Below the pieces are notes generated by a model. That model was not told the origin of the DNA. It saw nothing but the letters and a program-made list of their open reading frames with translations, and did no database searches. Positions 44,683 through 57,643 of a stretch of 64,000 bases of DNA are shown here, in pieces; the stretch's first letter is position 1, and each line of letters opens with the position of its first letter. The DNA comes from Setoptus koraiensis (lineage: Eukaryota > Animalia > Arthropoda). The translations under genes were made by a program, and so were the position numbers. The stretch is taken from the NCBI GenBank assembly GCA_048013815.1, contig CM106586.1, positions 19,902,001-19,966,000 on the forward strand, in the 5' to 3' direction.

Positions 44683-45178
44683 TCAAAGGCGTCTAAAGCG
44701 CTTTACTGAAAATCCGCAAGATCGACGCTAGTCAGCCTTGCATGAGTAGCGCGAGCCAACGGCAGTCAACGCTGGGCCCGCAGTGCACTGCGTAGCCACG
44801 AACACGCAAACATGCAATGCGCCTCCAGAAATCACTTACGCCCAACTGCTTCAATGAACGCAATCAAGAAAAAAGAAACACTTATCGAAACAGTCCAGGC
44901 GTGGGCATGCATTTCTCCAGCGTTGCGCGCGCCCCTGGCGGCGCACATCCATAAATCGAAATGGAGGCTGTAAAAGAGCCTCACATAGTGCGCACGATCG
45001 GACAGAGGCCTGGCACAAAACAGACCAAATCAGGCACGCACATATGATTTTCAGCTTTATGCGTACAAACAGAACTTGCACAGAAATGTGCCGAGAACTG
45101 AGATTACACCCTGTAAATAATGCGTTGCGGTACTCACTCTTCCACCTGGTTAGGCATGTGTGATCCTTGTGATAACAT
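44683..45178 (-). CDS. Candidate 77-aa single-pass membrane microprotein (3 exons)
   Basis: Exons 45178-45138, 45009-44840 and 44705-44683; introns of 128 and 134 nt with GTGAGT/GTAAGT donors and consistent phases. Ends ...TVSISVSFFLIAFIEAVGLKRFRRL. Confidence 0.35.
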
Positions 45179-45431
45179 CTGGTAATTACACCGTACCAAC
45201 ATGCCATACCTGTATTTGATGCTTTGGTAAACTCGAAATACCCCCTCAATCATTTACACAACCATGATGAATTTTAAATCGCCCGTCAGGCTTAACTCCA
45301 TTCAATAATACAGCGCAGCAGCCTTGAGCAGTTCATTTCTACAACAGAATTTCCATTCTTGTTGTATTTCCTATCAATTTGTCGGCTATACATCTCTTCA
45401 CCACAACCACACTCATCTATCTTGTGACATA

Positions 45432-46821
45432 ATGGAGAACGAACTTAGCAGACGAGAGGTATTCAGTATCCTTATGCGTATGTCGCTGTTATTCGGTTTC
45501 TCATACTACGCACTCAAGTATCTGGTCGTCAAGCTAGACCCCACAAATCAGCAGAAGAAGGACGCCAAGAAGAAGGCCGAGCGACTGTTTGAGAGGCTCA
45601 ACATTCGTAATTTGAAATCTTCCCTCAACGAATATGAGCTCTCTATTGCAGCTCAACTCATCGACCCCTCCAGTATTGATGTCACCTGGCGAGACGTGGC
45701 CGGGTTGGAGAACATAATAGACGACATCACATCAACAGTTATATTGCCCATTCGAAATCCAGAGTTATTCAAAAAATCTAACCTCCATCAACCACCAAAG
45801 GGTGTGTTATTATACGGACCTCCTGGATGCGGTAAAACAATGCTAGCCAAAGCCACAGCGAAGGAGGCAGGGGCAAGGTAAGTTTGAGATCAAATTAAGT
45901 CCATCATGACCCGCAAGGAAGACACAAACACCCAGATTCATATCTCTATAAATTAATACCAATTTTCAAGTTTATTTACTCATCCATTTTTCTTCTTCTC
46001 TGTTTTTACTTTTTACACTTTACAGATTCATCAATTTGGAGGTGCCCTTATTGACTGATAAATGGTATGGCGAGTCACAAAAGCTAGCCAAAGCAGTATT
46101 CACACTTGCTGTTAAGTTGCAACCATGTATCATTTTTATTGATGAAATTGATTCATTCTTGAGATCGCGTGATACACATGATCACGAAGCCACTGCTATG
46201 ATGAAAGCTCAGTTTATGATCTTGTGGGATGGTCTTATATCGGAAAAGCATTGCCAGGTCATAGTTATGGGCGCCACTAATAGGCCACAAGATGTTGATA
46301 AAGCTATTTTGAGGCGAATGCCTTCAATGTTCTCTGTGGGATTGCCAAACGCTCAAAAGCGTAAAGACATACTCAAACTTATACTTCTCACAGAATCTCT
46401 TGATGATAATGTAGACTTAGATCGCATTGCCGAACTTACAGATGAATTCTCTGGTTCAGATCTAAAAGAGTTGTGTCGTGCTTCATCTCTACAGCGTGTT
46501 AAAGAATATGTCCAAAATAGTTGTATTTCAGAGCAGTTAAGTAGAGGAGCCTCATCCGATAGCAAAAAAGCTGCAAGTAAGAGTGGCCTTACTATCCCTA
46601 CGCAAGGCGATGGTCGTGCAAACTCATCATCGTCTTCAACATCTTCTATAGATAATTATTCACTGATGAGTGGTAATGGTCATCAGGCTTTCAATGCATC
46701 TACCCCAATCTATCTTCGTCCAATTAAGATGGATGATTTTCTTGCAGTTATACATAAGATGGTGGAAAGTAAAAGGCATTTAGGCAGTGGTAATGGACAT
46801 TCGGTTATTGGCTTGGACTAA
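45432..46821 (+). CDS. ATAD1: ATAD1/Msp1 outer-mitochondrial-membrane AAA ATPase
   Basis: N-terminal TM, Walker [15 protein letters not shown] pore loop, Walker B IIFIDEID. Exons 45432-45877 and 46026-46821 (phase 2). Confidence 0.96.
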
Positions 46822-46943
46822 TTGCTCATAAATAGTAGTGTGTTGGATTTTGATTCTCATGTAACATTGAGTGCCTAAAATTTGCGTTTGTAAAATAAAT
46901 AATAATTTGTCTTGTTAATTTCAGCATGTCAACTTATATCCAA

Positions 46944-49900
46944 TTATCCGTTGAATATCCGCCTAATAAAACTATTTGATGGATTGCTGTTAGCGGTTTG
47001 GGGTGATGTTTTCCAACATTTGCAAGAGCCATTAACTAAGAACCAATCATAGTAGACCCTAACCACGTAGCAACCCATCTTGTCATGACCATCACATTCC
47101 ACTTGATTATCGCTAGAACTTGTGGTTGTTGCTGGCGACGGCGCTGGATCGGGTCCAATGTTGTTGTTATTAAAAGTTTGTTGATTCCGCTGATTGAAGT
47201 TGACTGGTGGTGCTTGCTGCTGTTGTTGATGGTGTTGCTGTTGTTGTTGCTGCTGTTGCTGAATTGGTTGTTGACCAGTTAATAGATGAGGTAGATGCTG
47301 CATTGGTGTTACTTGCCCGACAGTATGGCCAATCATTTGTTGTATATCATTGCCAGACGGTATGTTGTCGTTGTTATTTGAATGCGACACCATCATTGTT
47401 TTTGGTACGTTATTGTTGACATCTCTTCGTTTGCGTTTCTTATTCAATAACGAATTTTGATTAGTACCCAAAAGAGCGGAAGCGTAGTCTAAATAAGGGC
47501 TCATCGAGCTGCCATAATTGGCAGCGGTATTGTACAAATACTGATTATTTATCATCTTTTGTTGCTGTTGTTGATTGGCGGTACCTGGTTGACTGTACGA
47601 GACTCCATAAGTCTGCGAATTTGGTATAAGTCCTTGGCGTTGCAACAATTGATACTGTTGGAAGCTGTTGGCCAATGATTGCATAGTAGCGGAATTTTGC
47701 GCGTCCGCCGAAGCTATCGTATCAGCGCCATTGCCAAAGGCGTTGTTAAACTGATAGTTGATATTTTGGAAGGTGTCCGTCATTTGTAATGGATCGTTAT
47801 TCATTGGTTTGGGCGAATGAATTGCCGTGTTGGGCAATTGAGACATATGAACAGAACTTGCCGACGAAGCTGGCACTTGTTGTTGTTGCTGTTGCTGTAT
47901 ATCTGTCTGATGTGACGCAACAGGGCCCCCCATTCCATTATGACTAAACAGGGTATGAGGGTAGAAGATTTCCGCCACAAGCAAGCTAATCCAACGAGGT
48001 GATTCATGGCACACACCTTCGGTGAAGTCACATCTCGATTGTCTGCTCCAATCAAATTAATCATATTGTTGTGAATAAAAATGATACCAAAATGTTAGTT
48101 TTAGGTTTAGTTGCGCCCACTTATCGATTATTTATCAATATTGTAACCGTAACGGTTATTGTGAAACTGCAATGATACTGCATACTTACACACAGGTGGT
48201 CTTTTGAATGGTCTGGGTGAAATAGCCCTCGTGGGGTATTTGCACCACATACTTCCAGGCACCCTGATAATTTCTGGCAAACGTCGGACTAATATACTCT
48301 TCGTTGGATTGACAAGGAGTGGGTGGCGGCTTACCATAGCTTCCGGCTGGCCCAATGTTTGCCGTTAGACGAGCATTATTGGCGCCATTGTTATTGTTAT
48401 TACCTGAGCCAGTTGTTAATTGCTGTTGCGTTGCGACGGTATTTTGATTTGATGGCGCCGATGCTGGCGTGTCAATATAAGTTTCGCTTGGAATGTTGTT
48501 TCTGCGTCTAGCAAAGCCATTCATTGAAGAAAACGACGGCAAAAAGTATTCAACTAAATGATTTATGGCACTTGTGGCCAAACTGTGACCACTGCCACCG
48601 ATGCCGGCGCCATTGTTATTGTTATCCTTGGTCATTTGATCAGGGATGCCATTGTAAGAGCCTGACATAGCTGACCAAATCTGAGGTATTCTGCCGCTTG
48701 TTAGGCCAGTTTTTCCATTATTAGAATCCTGAAATATGCTTGTCATGGCAGACCAAAGCGAGCTTGATGATGATGCGGCGTCCGTTGCGCTATTATAGAC
48801 ATTTGCAACTTGTTTTACAGTTGATAGCAGCGAGGATTTTTCTCCATCAATCAAGGCCAACGCGGCCTGACAGACACTGTCAATGTAAGTGGCGGACCAA
48901 ACAGAGCAGATATGATGAATTAATTCAATGGTGACCCAGTTTTAGTAGACTCATTATATCTATTCGATATTCAGATATTCAGGGCTAAGTGGGGGCTAAA
49001 TAAACGGTGCATGGTTCGTGCACAATTTAACGGGCGCTCGAAACGACCACTAACACAACATGAACCAATCGGAGCTTAGCGAAGACAACAACAACAACAA
49101 CAACAGCATCAAAGAAGCTGGCTGGATAGGAACGATGGGAGAAATCAGGAGAAAATGAAGGTGACTGGAGGCAGTAATGCATCATCAGTGGACCAGCAGC
49201 AACGAAACTGAGCTAGCTACTAAATTGCGTGCACCTTTGTTTCCAGTGACGCTCGCTCTGATTGATCCGACAGAGAAACCCAATAGAAACAGGTGCCCAG
49301 GTAGTTGACAACAACCTGTGGCAGCTACCTGTAACGGCTATTACCTGTGTGTCGTGAGCGTGTGTGTGTATCATCATTATGGACGCTACTTAAATGGACA
49401 ATCGATGGACAAAGGATGCCGTTGCGAATGCGGCATTAGAATTGCTATTAGAATTGAGAACAATCGTCAATGTGTCTCAATGGGCACACGCAATGCATTA
49501 TAGTCGCAAAATAGAGCAATTGCATGCTAACAACAAGATTGTATTGTGTAACAGTGGCCCGTCTAAGCGTCTATTCGTTTGAATGTTGCGGTTGGCCAAG
49601 ACACTTTGCGGTAATGTATTAGCATAGATGCGGCAGCCAACAATGTATAAATATGCATATTAATATCATCTTTGAGCAGCTCGCCGAATGGAAGTGGTAG
49701 CAGGGTCTCGGCAGTCGATTCCTTTCTTTCTTTCTTTGTTGTTGTTGTTGTTAGTTTCGGTGAGCGCATCATGGTCACAACGCAGTTGCGGCCCTCACAA
49801 CAAAGACGGCCAAATGAGAGAGCCATTGGAGAGCCTTCTTTCTTGGCACGGAGGCAATAAAGAAGCAAATTGACCTTGCAAAAATATTAACGGCTTTAAG

Positions 49901-50270
49901 TATTCTCGCTAAGGTGACCAATAAAATAATATATTTACAGGGAGAATGGGGGAATATTAGGGTTGAATTAAATTCGTCGTCTTCCTCCCACTCGCAGTCA
50001 CTCCATTTATGATGCGTTTGGAGTGGGCAAGCGGTAAGACTATGAGATATTCGGTTGCCGCTGCAACCTGTTGCCATTGATGATGATGCGAGGTAGCCGC
50101 TGCTTGCTGCCGTAACAATGGTATTGGCCTATAGTGGTTATTCGTCTCATTGTTGTCCATCTAATCAGTTTTCTTCTTCTGCTTCTTCTTTCTTGTTCGC
50201 TGCTTCTTTTCGGCCGCTGTTGCCATTTCACAACAGTAGCAACAGTAACAGTAACAACAACAGTAACAGT

Positions 50271-50305
<35 letters not shown>

Positions 50306-52998
50306 CTAAAGCGGTAGCCGGCGACGTAGCGGTGGCAATCGCACCGCAATCGAGCAGTGCCGTGTAAGCTAGCTGATGGCCTTGAAAAGAAACAGACGAA
50401 GAACAAGAAGCGAGATATTATGATTCAACGGAACAAACAATGACAGCCACATCCGACACACAACAAAAACAACAGCGGCACACACAGCTAAAAAGCAAGG
50501 CAAAACAAATTAAAGTTTAGCACTAGTAAACAGCTACACTATACTGTGGTGTGCGTCCTTTCTTGCCGCGATGACCAGCCTGAGCTGGCGGAATCGAGAT
50601 GAAGACAGAAAAAACACAAATTTGGCCGGAATTTCTCGAACGTCGTCGTCTCGAGATGACGCTAAGTACATAGAGTAGAGGCAGTTGTCGGGCGGTTTGG
50701 CCGATTCGAGCGTTTCGGCCATTTTTTCTCGCTGTGTGTGTGTGTGTCGCTGTGGCTTCTCGCTACACTGACCAGTATTGTTTTTATTGCTCGCCGATAT
50801 TATTCATCACCGGCAACGGCAACAACAATCGCATCAACAGCATCAATCTAAATGTAGCGTTATGTCTGCAGTTACATTGATGCTGTGTGTGTGCCTCGAT
50901 AAATAATCTCAGGTGGCCGGCCGTTGTGGCCAGTTGTGGCCGAAGAAACATGATCATTTTTTCTTTCTCTCTCTGTGTATGTGCTAGAACAACACAATTT
51001 AACTTGACACTTCCGTATTGAAGAAGGTTACGTAACACAGGAGCTGTATATCACGATAATGCGTAAACTAATACCATTGTGACCATTGTGAGTGACCATC
51101 TCTGAGCGACTGACAGAGACGGAGACTCTCCATTGGTGACACTTGTGTGACTCGAGAGAGATAGATACGGGAAGGAAGACACACACTGAATTTGACTGTG
51201 GTCAGGCAAGTCAAAGTGTGTTGTTTGTACCGTTCGACTTAATTGGATTTAGCCTATTCTCTTAGGCGAGCGGCCATGGGAACCGTAGGCGCCGTAGGCC
51301 AGAAACAAACAAACGAGGTCACCTTTGGGTGACATTGGATCAAACGGTTCGGGCAATACTCACAGTCCATTCCAAGTGGATAGCTCGGCACAGGATGTGG
51401 CCGATTGTTGATGTTGTTTGCTTTTTTCAGTCTTGCTGCTGCCGGCGCCATATGCCGTTGTGTCGGCGTTGTATTTATTTGGATTAGCCGATTGCTGTTG
51501 CGATTGCGAGCTACCAACGCTCGACTGACTGTTGCCGGCTGATTGTTGTGATGCCGAGCGAACACTCTTGTCGCTCGATGATGAGCTTGTCATTACGGGA
51601 TTTGAATTATCTCTGGCGTGCATTTCCATTGGCGGCGACGCAGATCTGTACATGGCGGCCTGCATACTATTATTTGCAATATTATCTGGAGCAAAGCCTA
51701 TGCTGGTGCTAGCGGTTGCGGCGCTGCCAACAAGTGGCAGCTTACCAGATGTGGAGCCAGCTTGACCATTGACTCCGTAGGAGACCGATGCAATCGATTG
51801 CTGCTGCTGCCGGCTCGACGATGACACCAATGACGCAACTGATGATACTGGCAATGTTGTCACATTTCTGTAGCCGTCCTTCGATATAATGGTGGCCTGG
51901 TTGTGATAGTGATAACCGTTATTGTTATTATTGTGCTGTTGTTGCTCTACATCGTTCATTATTCTGTTATTAACACCATTATGCATTTTAATAATGTTGT
52001 TGCTCGCTGCTGTCACAGGTGAATGACTCGATGATGATTGTGACGACGGCGCGGTCACTAATGATCGCTTCGCTCTAGCTAGATACTGAGACATGTCTTG
52101 TGCATTGGCGCCATTGAGTGCTGGCGGGCCAGCGTTGCCGATGCCGTTGATGCCGTTGAGCTGATTGAGCTGGTGCATTTGCTCGTATGAGATTGAATTA
52201 TGCACATTGGTCGGATTGAAGTCGGGTATATAGCGGGCAACCTTGGGTATGGTCTGATAGTCGGCCTTTAGCGTGGGCAGAGCATTGGCCAAGAACTGCA
52301 ATGTTTTTGTTTTGATCAGCTCAAACGGATAAGGCTCATTGCCTATGTATTGGGCCAGCGGATTTCTGGGAATGAAGCCCGTGTTCAAATCGCCACATAG
52401 CGTATCTTTCACCGAGAATTGGGACCACGGATCTGGATGAATTGACGCGCGCGCGGAAATCGGACGTTGTTGGTCAGTGTGTGGTTGTATAACGTTTAGA
52501 CACACACATGTCAACAGTGCGAAGGAAAGTTTTAGATGTTTGATTAGATTTTTATTTCGCGCACAACCTGATTCGTTCTAATTCATCGATACTCGGCAAC
52601 ATCTATCATCTCGCTAAATAAAAATATCCAAAACCGCTAGTGATAGATCTACGCGGCCAGTGAATGAAGCTGGACGAGACCTCGCGTAATGTGTGACAAT
52701 GTGTAGACTTACCGTTCACGCTTCCTTTGCAACCGGCCTCGGCGTGCTGGTAAGGCGGCTTCTTGACGGTGGGAGGCTCCACGCCCGGGGGCGCCACTTC
52801 GAAATTATGATGGCCTAAAATGTTGTGCTCTTGATCGCGAGCTTGATTCCTGTTGATGTAGTTTGCGTTCATTGACACGGTAACCGTTATTTGTTGCAAT
52901 AATAGACATAGTATGATGGATAGCACTTTTGTTATTTTCAGTGTTGAGGCCACGGTCACTGCCGCGACTTCGAATGTGCACGGGCATCTGGGCGCCAT
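46944..52998 (-). CDS. spz3: Spatzle-3 (cystine-knot Toll ligand family), about 1046 aa
   Basis: Exons 52998-52713, 52432-51364, 48876-48190 and 48042-46944 join in phase. Motifs CGDLNTGFIPRNP, YVVQIPHEGYFTQTIQKTTC, CHESPRWISLLVAEIFYP, GCYVVRVYYDWFLVNGSCKCWK. The start codon is tentative. Confidence 0.88.
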
Positions 52999-53667
52999 AG
53001 TTCGGCTTCAATCTGGCTGCTGTTATACCTGTTACGATACCGGTTCGGCTACGGGTGAGATGAGGACCCCAATCAGCGCCTCACAGTGTGTGTTTGTTGA
53101 TGTTGTCTTGGCGATGGTTTTGTGTGATATCGAGTGACTTTTTGTTTGATATGGAGTGGCGTTGATGATTTGTTGGCAGTGTGCAACTGGCGTGCTGTTT
53201 ACTCTCAATGTTGTCTCTCTGTCTAAGTGTGGCGAAATTTTACTGTGAATCACACATGAGACACAAACGACGAATGGACGCACGGCGTGAGTGTTGCGAT
53301 GAGCTTGCGAGACACGACAAAAGAAAATGACCAACAACAGAGCTGTAAGATGAAGCAGCCTCTAACAAAAAGTTATGCAACTTGCAGCGGTGTGTTTTTA
53401 GTAGCGGAAGGCTGTCCACTCAATGGCCGCCGGCAGCCAGCATGCACATGTATGTGGAGGCCAGTGGCAAGAACACATGATGGTCAGCGTCTCATAGAAG
53501 CCGCTACTATCACCTCTTCGGCCAGGCTCCACCTCTTGCTGTCAGTATTTGTACATGTGCGCCGCTGGCGAGCTAGCAACAAACACCGTCATCGTAGTCA
53601 TCACAGTCATGATAGTACCGAGTTATCAGAATTTGTACCGCCGGCCGCTGATGTATTCATTCATGGC

Positions 53668-53671
<4 letters not shown>

Positions 53672-53726
<55 letters not shown>
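53672..53726. repeat. (TG)n microsatellite
   Basis: Read directly. Confidence 0.97.
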
Positions 53727-53730
<4 letters not shown>

Positions 53731-56700
53731 TAGCAAACCACTACATCATCATCATGACGGCTCAGTTGGGCTAACTGTCAAACAACGGCAACAACGGCGC
53801 CAATATCAGCAGCGCCGCCAGTGGGAAAAGAATCAGATTTCTTCCACTTGTGGCTTCATATTATTTTTCACGGTCGCATGATAATGATGAGTGCACAAGT
53901 CGGGCATTAATGATGCATTGTTGTCGGTTGGCTCGGCCAGCGAGCCGAGTCTTTAATGACTCAAGCGAGCCGGATTTCATTTCATCGCGATGCTTGGTAT
54001 CATATCAATGATATCATACATACCGGTACATACTTATATGAGGGCAACGCGATGGCGGCAATTGTCGCCAAGTGACCGTCGCCTAGTGCCCGCCGACGAT
54101 GTGGCAACGTGCTGATTCTGTCCAGCTAACGGGCAGCATTATTGTCCATTATCAAGTCATGAGCCATAACACAATGCCAGTTAATTAGCTTGTTGGCCGG
54201 CGCATGGATAATCAGTGTGAGAGAGGCAAGCCAATGACACTTTTGGCGACGACACAACCGGCAGCGATTGTTGGCCTCGTCGACGTGCCCATGTATGACT
54301 TGATTATTATTGTTGGATTGAAGTGTTGGATCATCAATCACCGGCCACACTGACTGATTTGAGACTCGAGGTGACTTGTTAGTTTGTAAGGGTTGCTGGG
54401 GTGACGGGCAGTCACTAGAGAGGGCGCCAGTTGTACATGGTGTGCAATGGTTTAATGGTTTAATGGTGGCAAAACAACAGATATAAACAATCCGCTGGAA
54501 ACGTAAAACGAGCCTCGCCACTCAAAGCGAGTGTTTGTCAAAGCAACAACGTCAATTATGGCGATATAAGCCAGCCAGCCAGCCAGCCGGCTCACAACAG
54601 ATTGCGACTGTCGAGTAATTTGAGTTCATTCGCAATCAAGTCGCAGCAATGAAGCAATCAAATCAGCTTAGGTGCATGCCAAGCCAGCCTGCATTGTTGT
54701 GAGCTGTGAGAATGTGTGAAATTTTGAACAAACAACAACAACAACAACAACTACTCACTCGTCTGTAATGACGCCATAGTATGGTAACACAACAACAAAC
54801 ATTTGATGCCAACAACACCGAGATCTTAGCGACTATATGTGATATAAACTAATGATGAGGTCATATCGCCGCTCGTGTTTACATTGGCAAATGCAGCGCC
54901 AAGTGCTAGATAAGGTGCCTAGGTGCATGGCGCCCTCTTGTTGCACAGCCGTCAAATATATCCGTTTGTTGTCATGTACATGAATGATTAATGCTCTCAC
55001 CATTGCTCTATTCCGTCATATTACTATCATCTATCTGTTTTTGTTGTGACACAATTGCTCCAATTGGGACATGTGAGTGTTGTCTAAAACCGCTTATCTG
55101 CGACGACGACGACGATGATGATGACGGAACAAAGTACTCTCTTCACTTCAACTCAAGTCTAGGTGATGCCCGGCCCGTTCTACTGGGCGCATGTGACTGC
55201 TTAACAGAGGCAGCTGCTCCGTGAAGCCTTTAAGTTTGTTGTTTACGTATTTTCACGTTGACTAGACAATATTTGTTTTTAATTTTAATTTTGTCTTTTC
55301 GTTTGGTGTTTGTTTTTGCTCTGGCTGTGGCTTTAGCCAAAATGGTGGGCCTACCAATTTGTTAGCTCATTGCGAGCTAATGCGCAAATAAATAGTTCAC
55401 GTCGCATGTGAAAGAGGGCGCAGGACGGGCTCAAACAGGGCAACTAATGAGACACGACCGCTGAAACTAAATCCATAAGGATCTCGCCGTGAGCCAAGCC
55501 GAAACTGAAGCAAGCCCAACTGAAACTGAAGCAAGCCGAGCATCATTCAGTATTTGTGCCTGAGCTATAATGTTGTGTTTTAATGTTACACATGACATTA
55601 GTGTTGGTTGTTGGTGGCTGCAATATAAAAGGCATAATTGCTGGCATGACTTGGAGCGTTGGCGAGCCGAAAAAGAGTGTGTGTGTAATTGAATGAGAGC
55701 GTGCCTTTTGGTCGCACTGCAAACAGATAAATAAAACACAACAAGCGAGCGAGCTGAGCCAGAGAAAGGGAGCATCAGATTAAGACAGAGAGGAGCGCCT
55801 ATGGCAGATGTTGGCGTGTTGGATTGACAGTGTCGGTGGGTAGTAGTAGTAGTAAATTAAAGTCGACACACACACACACACAAGATACACAAACAAAAAT
55901 GATGATGGAATAGAGGAAGCAAAGAGGAAGCGTTGCGTCGCCGAGCTTACCAACACAACGCATATTGCATCGATGTCTAGGCGGCGAACCTACGACGATG
56001 ATAATAATAATGTGTGTGCTGTTTGATTAGGGATATAGACTAGCGAACAACTGCGATTGCGACAGTAACAGCGACAGTAACAGCGGCGGCTCGGCGAATT
56101 CGAATTTTCGTTCGGTGTCTAGGCGTAGTAGTCCCATACGTCATGCGTTATCGGCTTGACTCAAGCCGCTTGAGTGCGAGTGCGAGTGTGAGTGTGTGCG
56201 TTCGACGGATGCGACGATAAACGAGTGGCATTACCACCAGCAACGTAGTCGTCTTCGCGGTCTTGGTCGTCAATATAATTATTAGCAATATTCGGCAACA
56301 ACAGCAACAGCAGCGCCAGCGACAATCACCAGCAACCACGACGACGACGACAACAGCAGCGCCGCCAACAACAACGTCGTCAGCAACTACTGCTGCTAGC
56401 ACACTTTTGATGGCCATATATGGATAGTGGAGCTGCAAGTGATCTGTTGCATACTTGTACGCCCACGTTGCGCTTCGCGCAATGGCTTCTTGCGGCTGTT
56501 GCTCGCTGGGCGCGCTTATCTCGGCCCGAGATTCTCAGGCGAACCACAACAACGTTCGCGTTCGCCAGCGCAAGCTTGCCAAGCTTGCCAAGCTTGCGGC
56601 CCAACAGGCAGCAGCAGCGAGCTTGCGGCCAGAGATGCAAAGAGGCAAATAGGCAACGAGCAACAGCATGCGTTGGTGCGACTGTGCGCAACATAGTGGG

Positions 56701-57643
56701 CCAAATGTAATCAACAGCAACAAACTGTCGTCATCGTATTGTGTTATACAGCGAGCATCAATCCTATCCGCCAGCGGTGCAGAGCGGTGCGCTGCAGAGC
56801 GATGCGCTGCAAAGCGAGGCGCTGCAAAGTGGTGCACACCGCACAGTCTGTGCGCACAACGTAGCGAGGCATGTGATTAAAGATGTATCGTTGTCACTAT
56901 TAATAATTACTATTAATACTCGCTCACTTGATACACCCGCCTATAGCGCGCACACAGCAGACAATGAATCAACAAGCTAAGAAAGTTCGATTGGCGTGGA
57001 TATAGAAAATAGACTCTATTTAATATTTAATAGGAAATTGCAGCGAGTTGAGCAGATCGAACTGCGCGCTGCCGTTCGACGACTCGCACCAACAACAACT
57101 ACTGTTACTGTTACTGTCAGCTGCGCTGTGTGCAGCATCACTCACTGTATTATTATTCACTTATTAGCGATCGTCGCATGACGCGATATAGAACAGTGGC
57201 GTGTCTAGTTGTATGAAAATTCTATAATAGAATGTGCGGCCTCCGGTAGAACTTTCTACTGCGTCGGCTGGCTGGCTGCAATTTGCAACAGTTCTATCAC
57301 TACGCAGCGCAGCCCAGTGCGAGAGCCTAGCCAGTGTGAGCCAGCTCACTCGACTCAAGCGAGCAGCCGCAGCAACAGATGAGCGCTACCTCTTCATTTT
57401 GTTTTATTAGATATTTATTATTATTATTGCTATTACTATCACCACCGTAATAGAGAGTCCCTATTGATGCCTGCGAAATATTGCTGTCGTTTGTCGTCGG
57501 CCAGCCAGCATCACCCAGTGCACAGATAGTTCAAAGGCTTGCTTGTTAGAGAGAGAGAGACAACGCTAGAGAATTATAATAGTAATAATTATATTCGATA
57601 CACCAGTAGCAACAATCACACTATCGCAAACTCACCTAGATCT

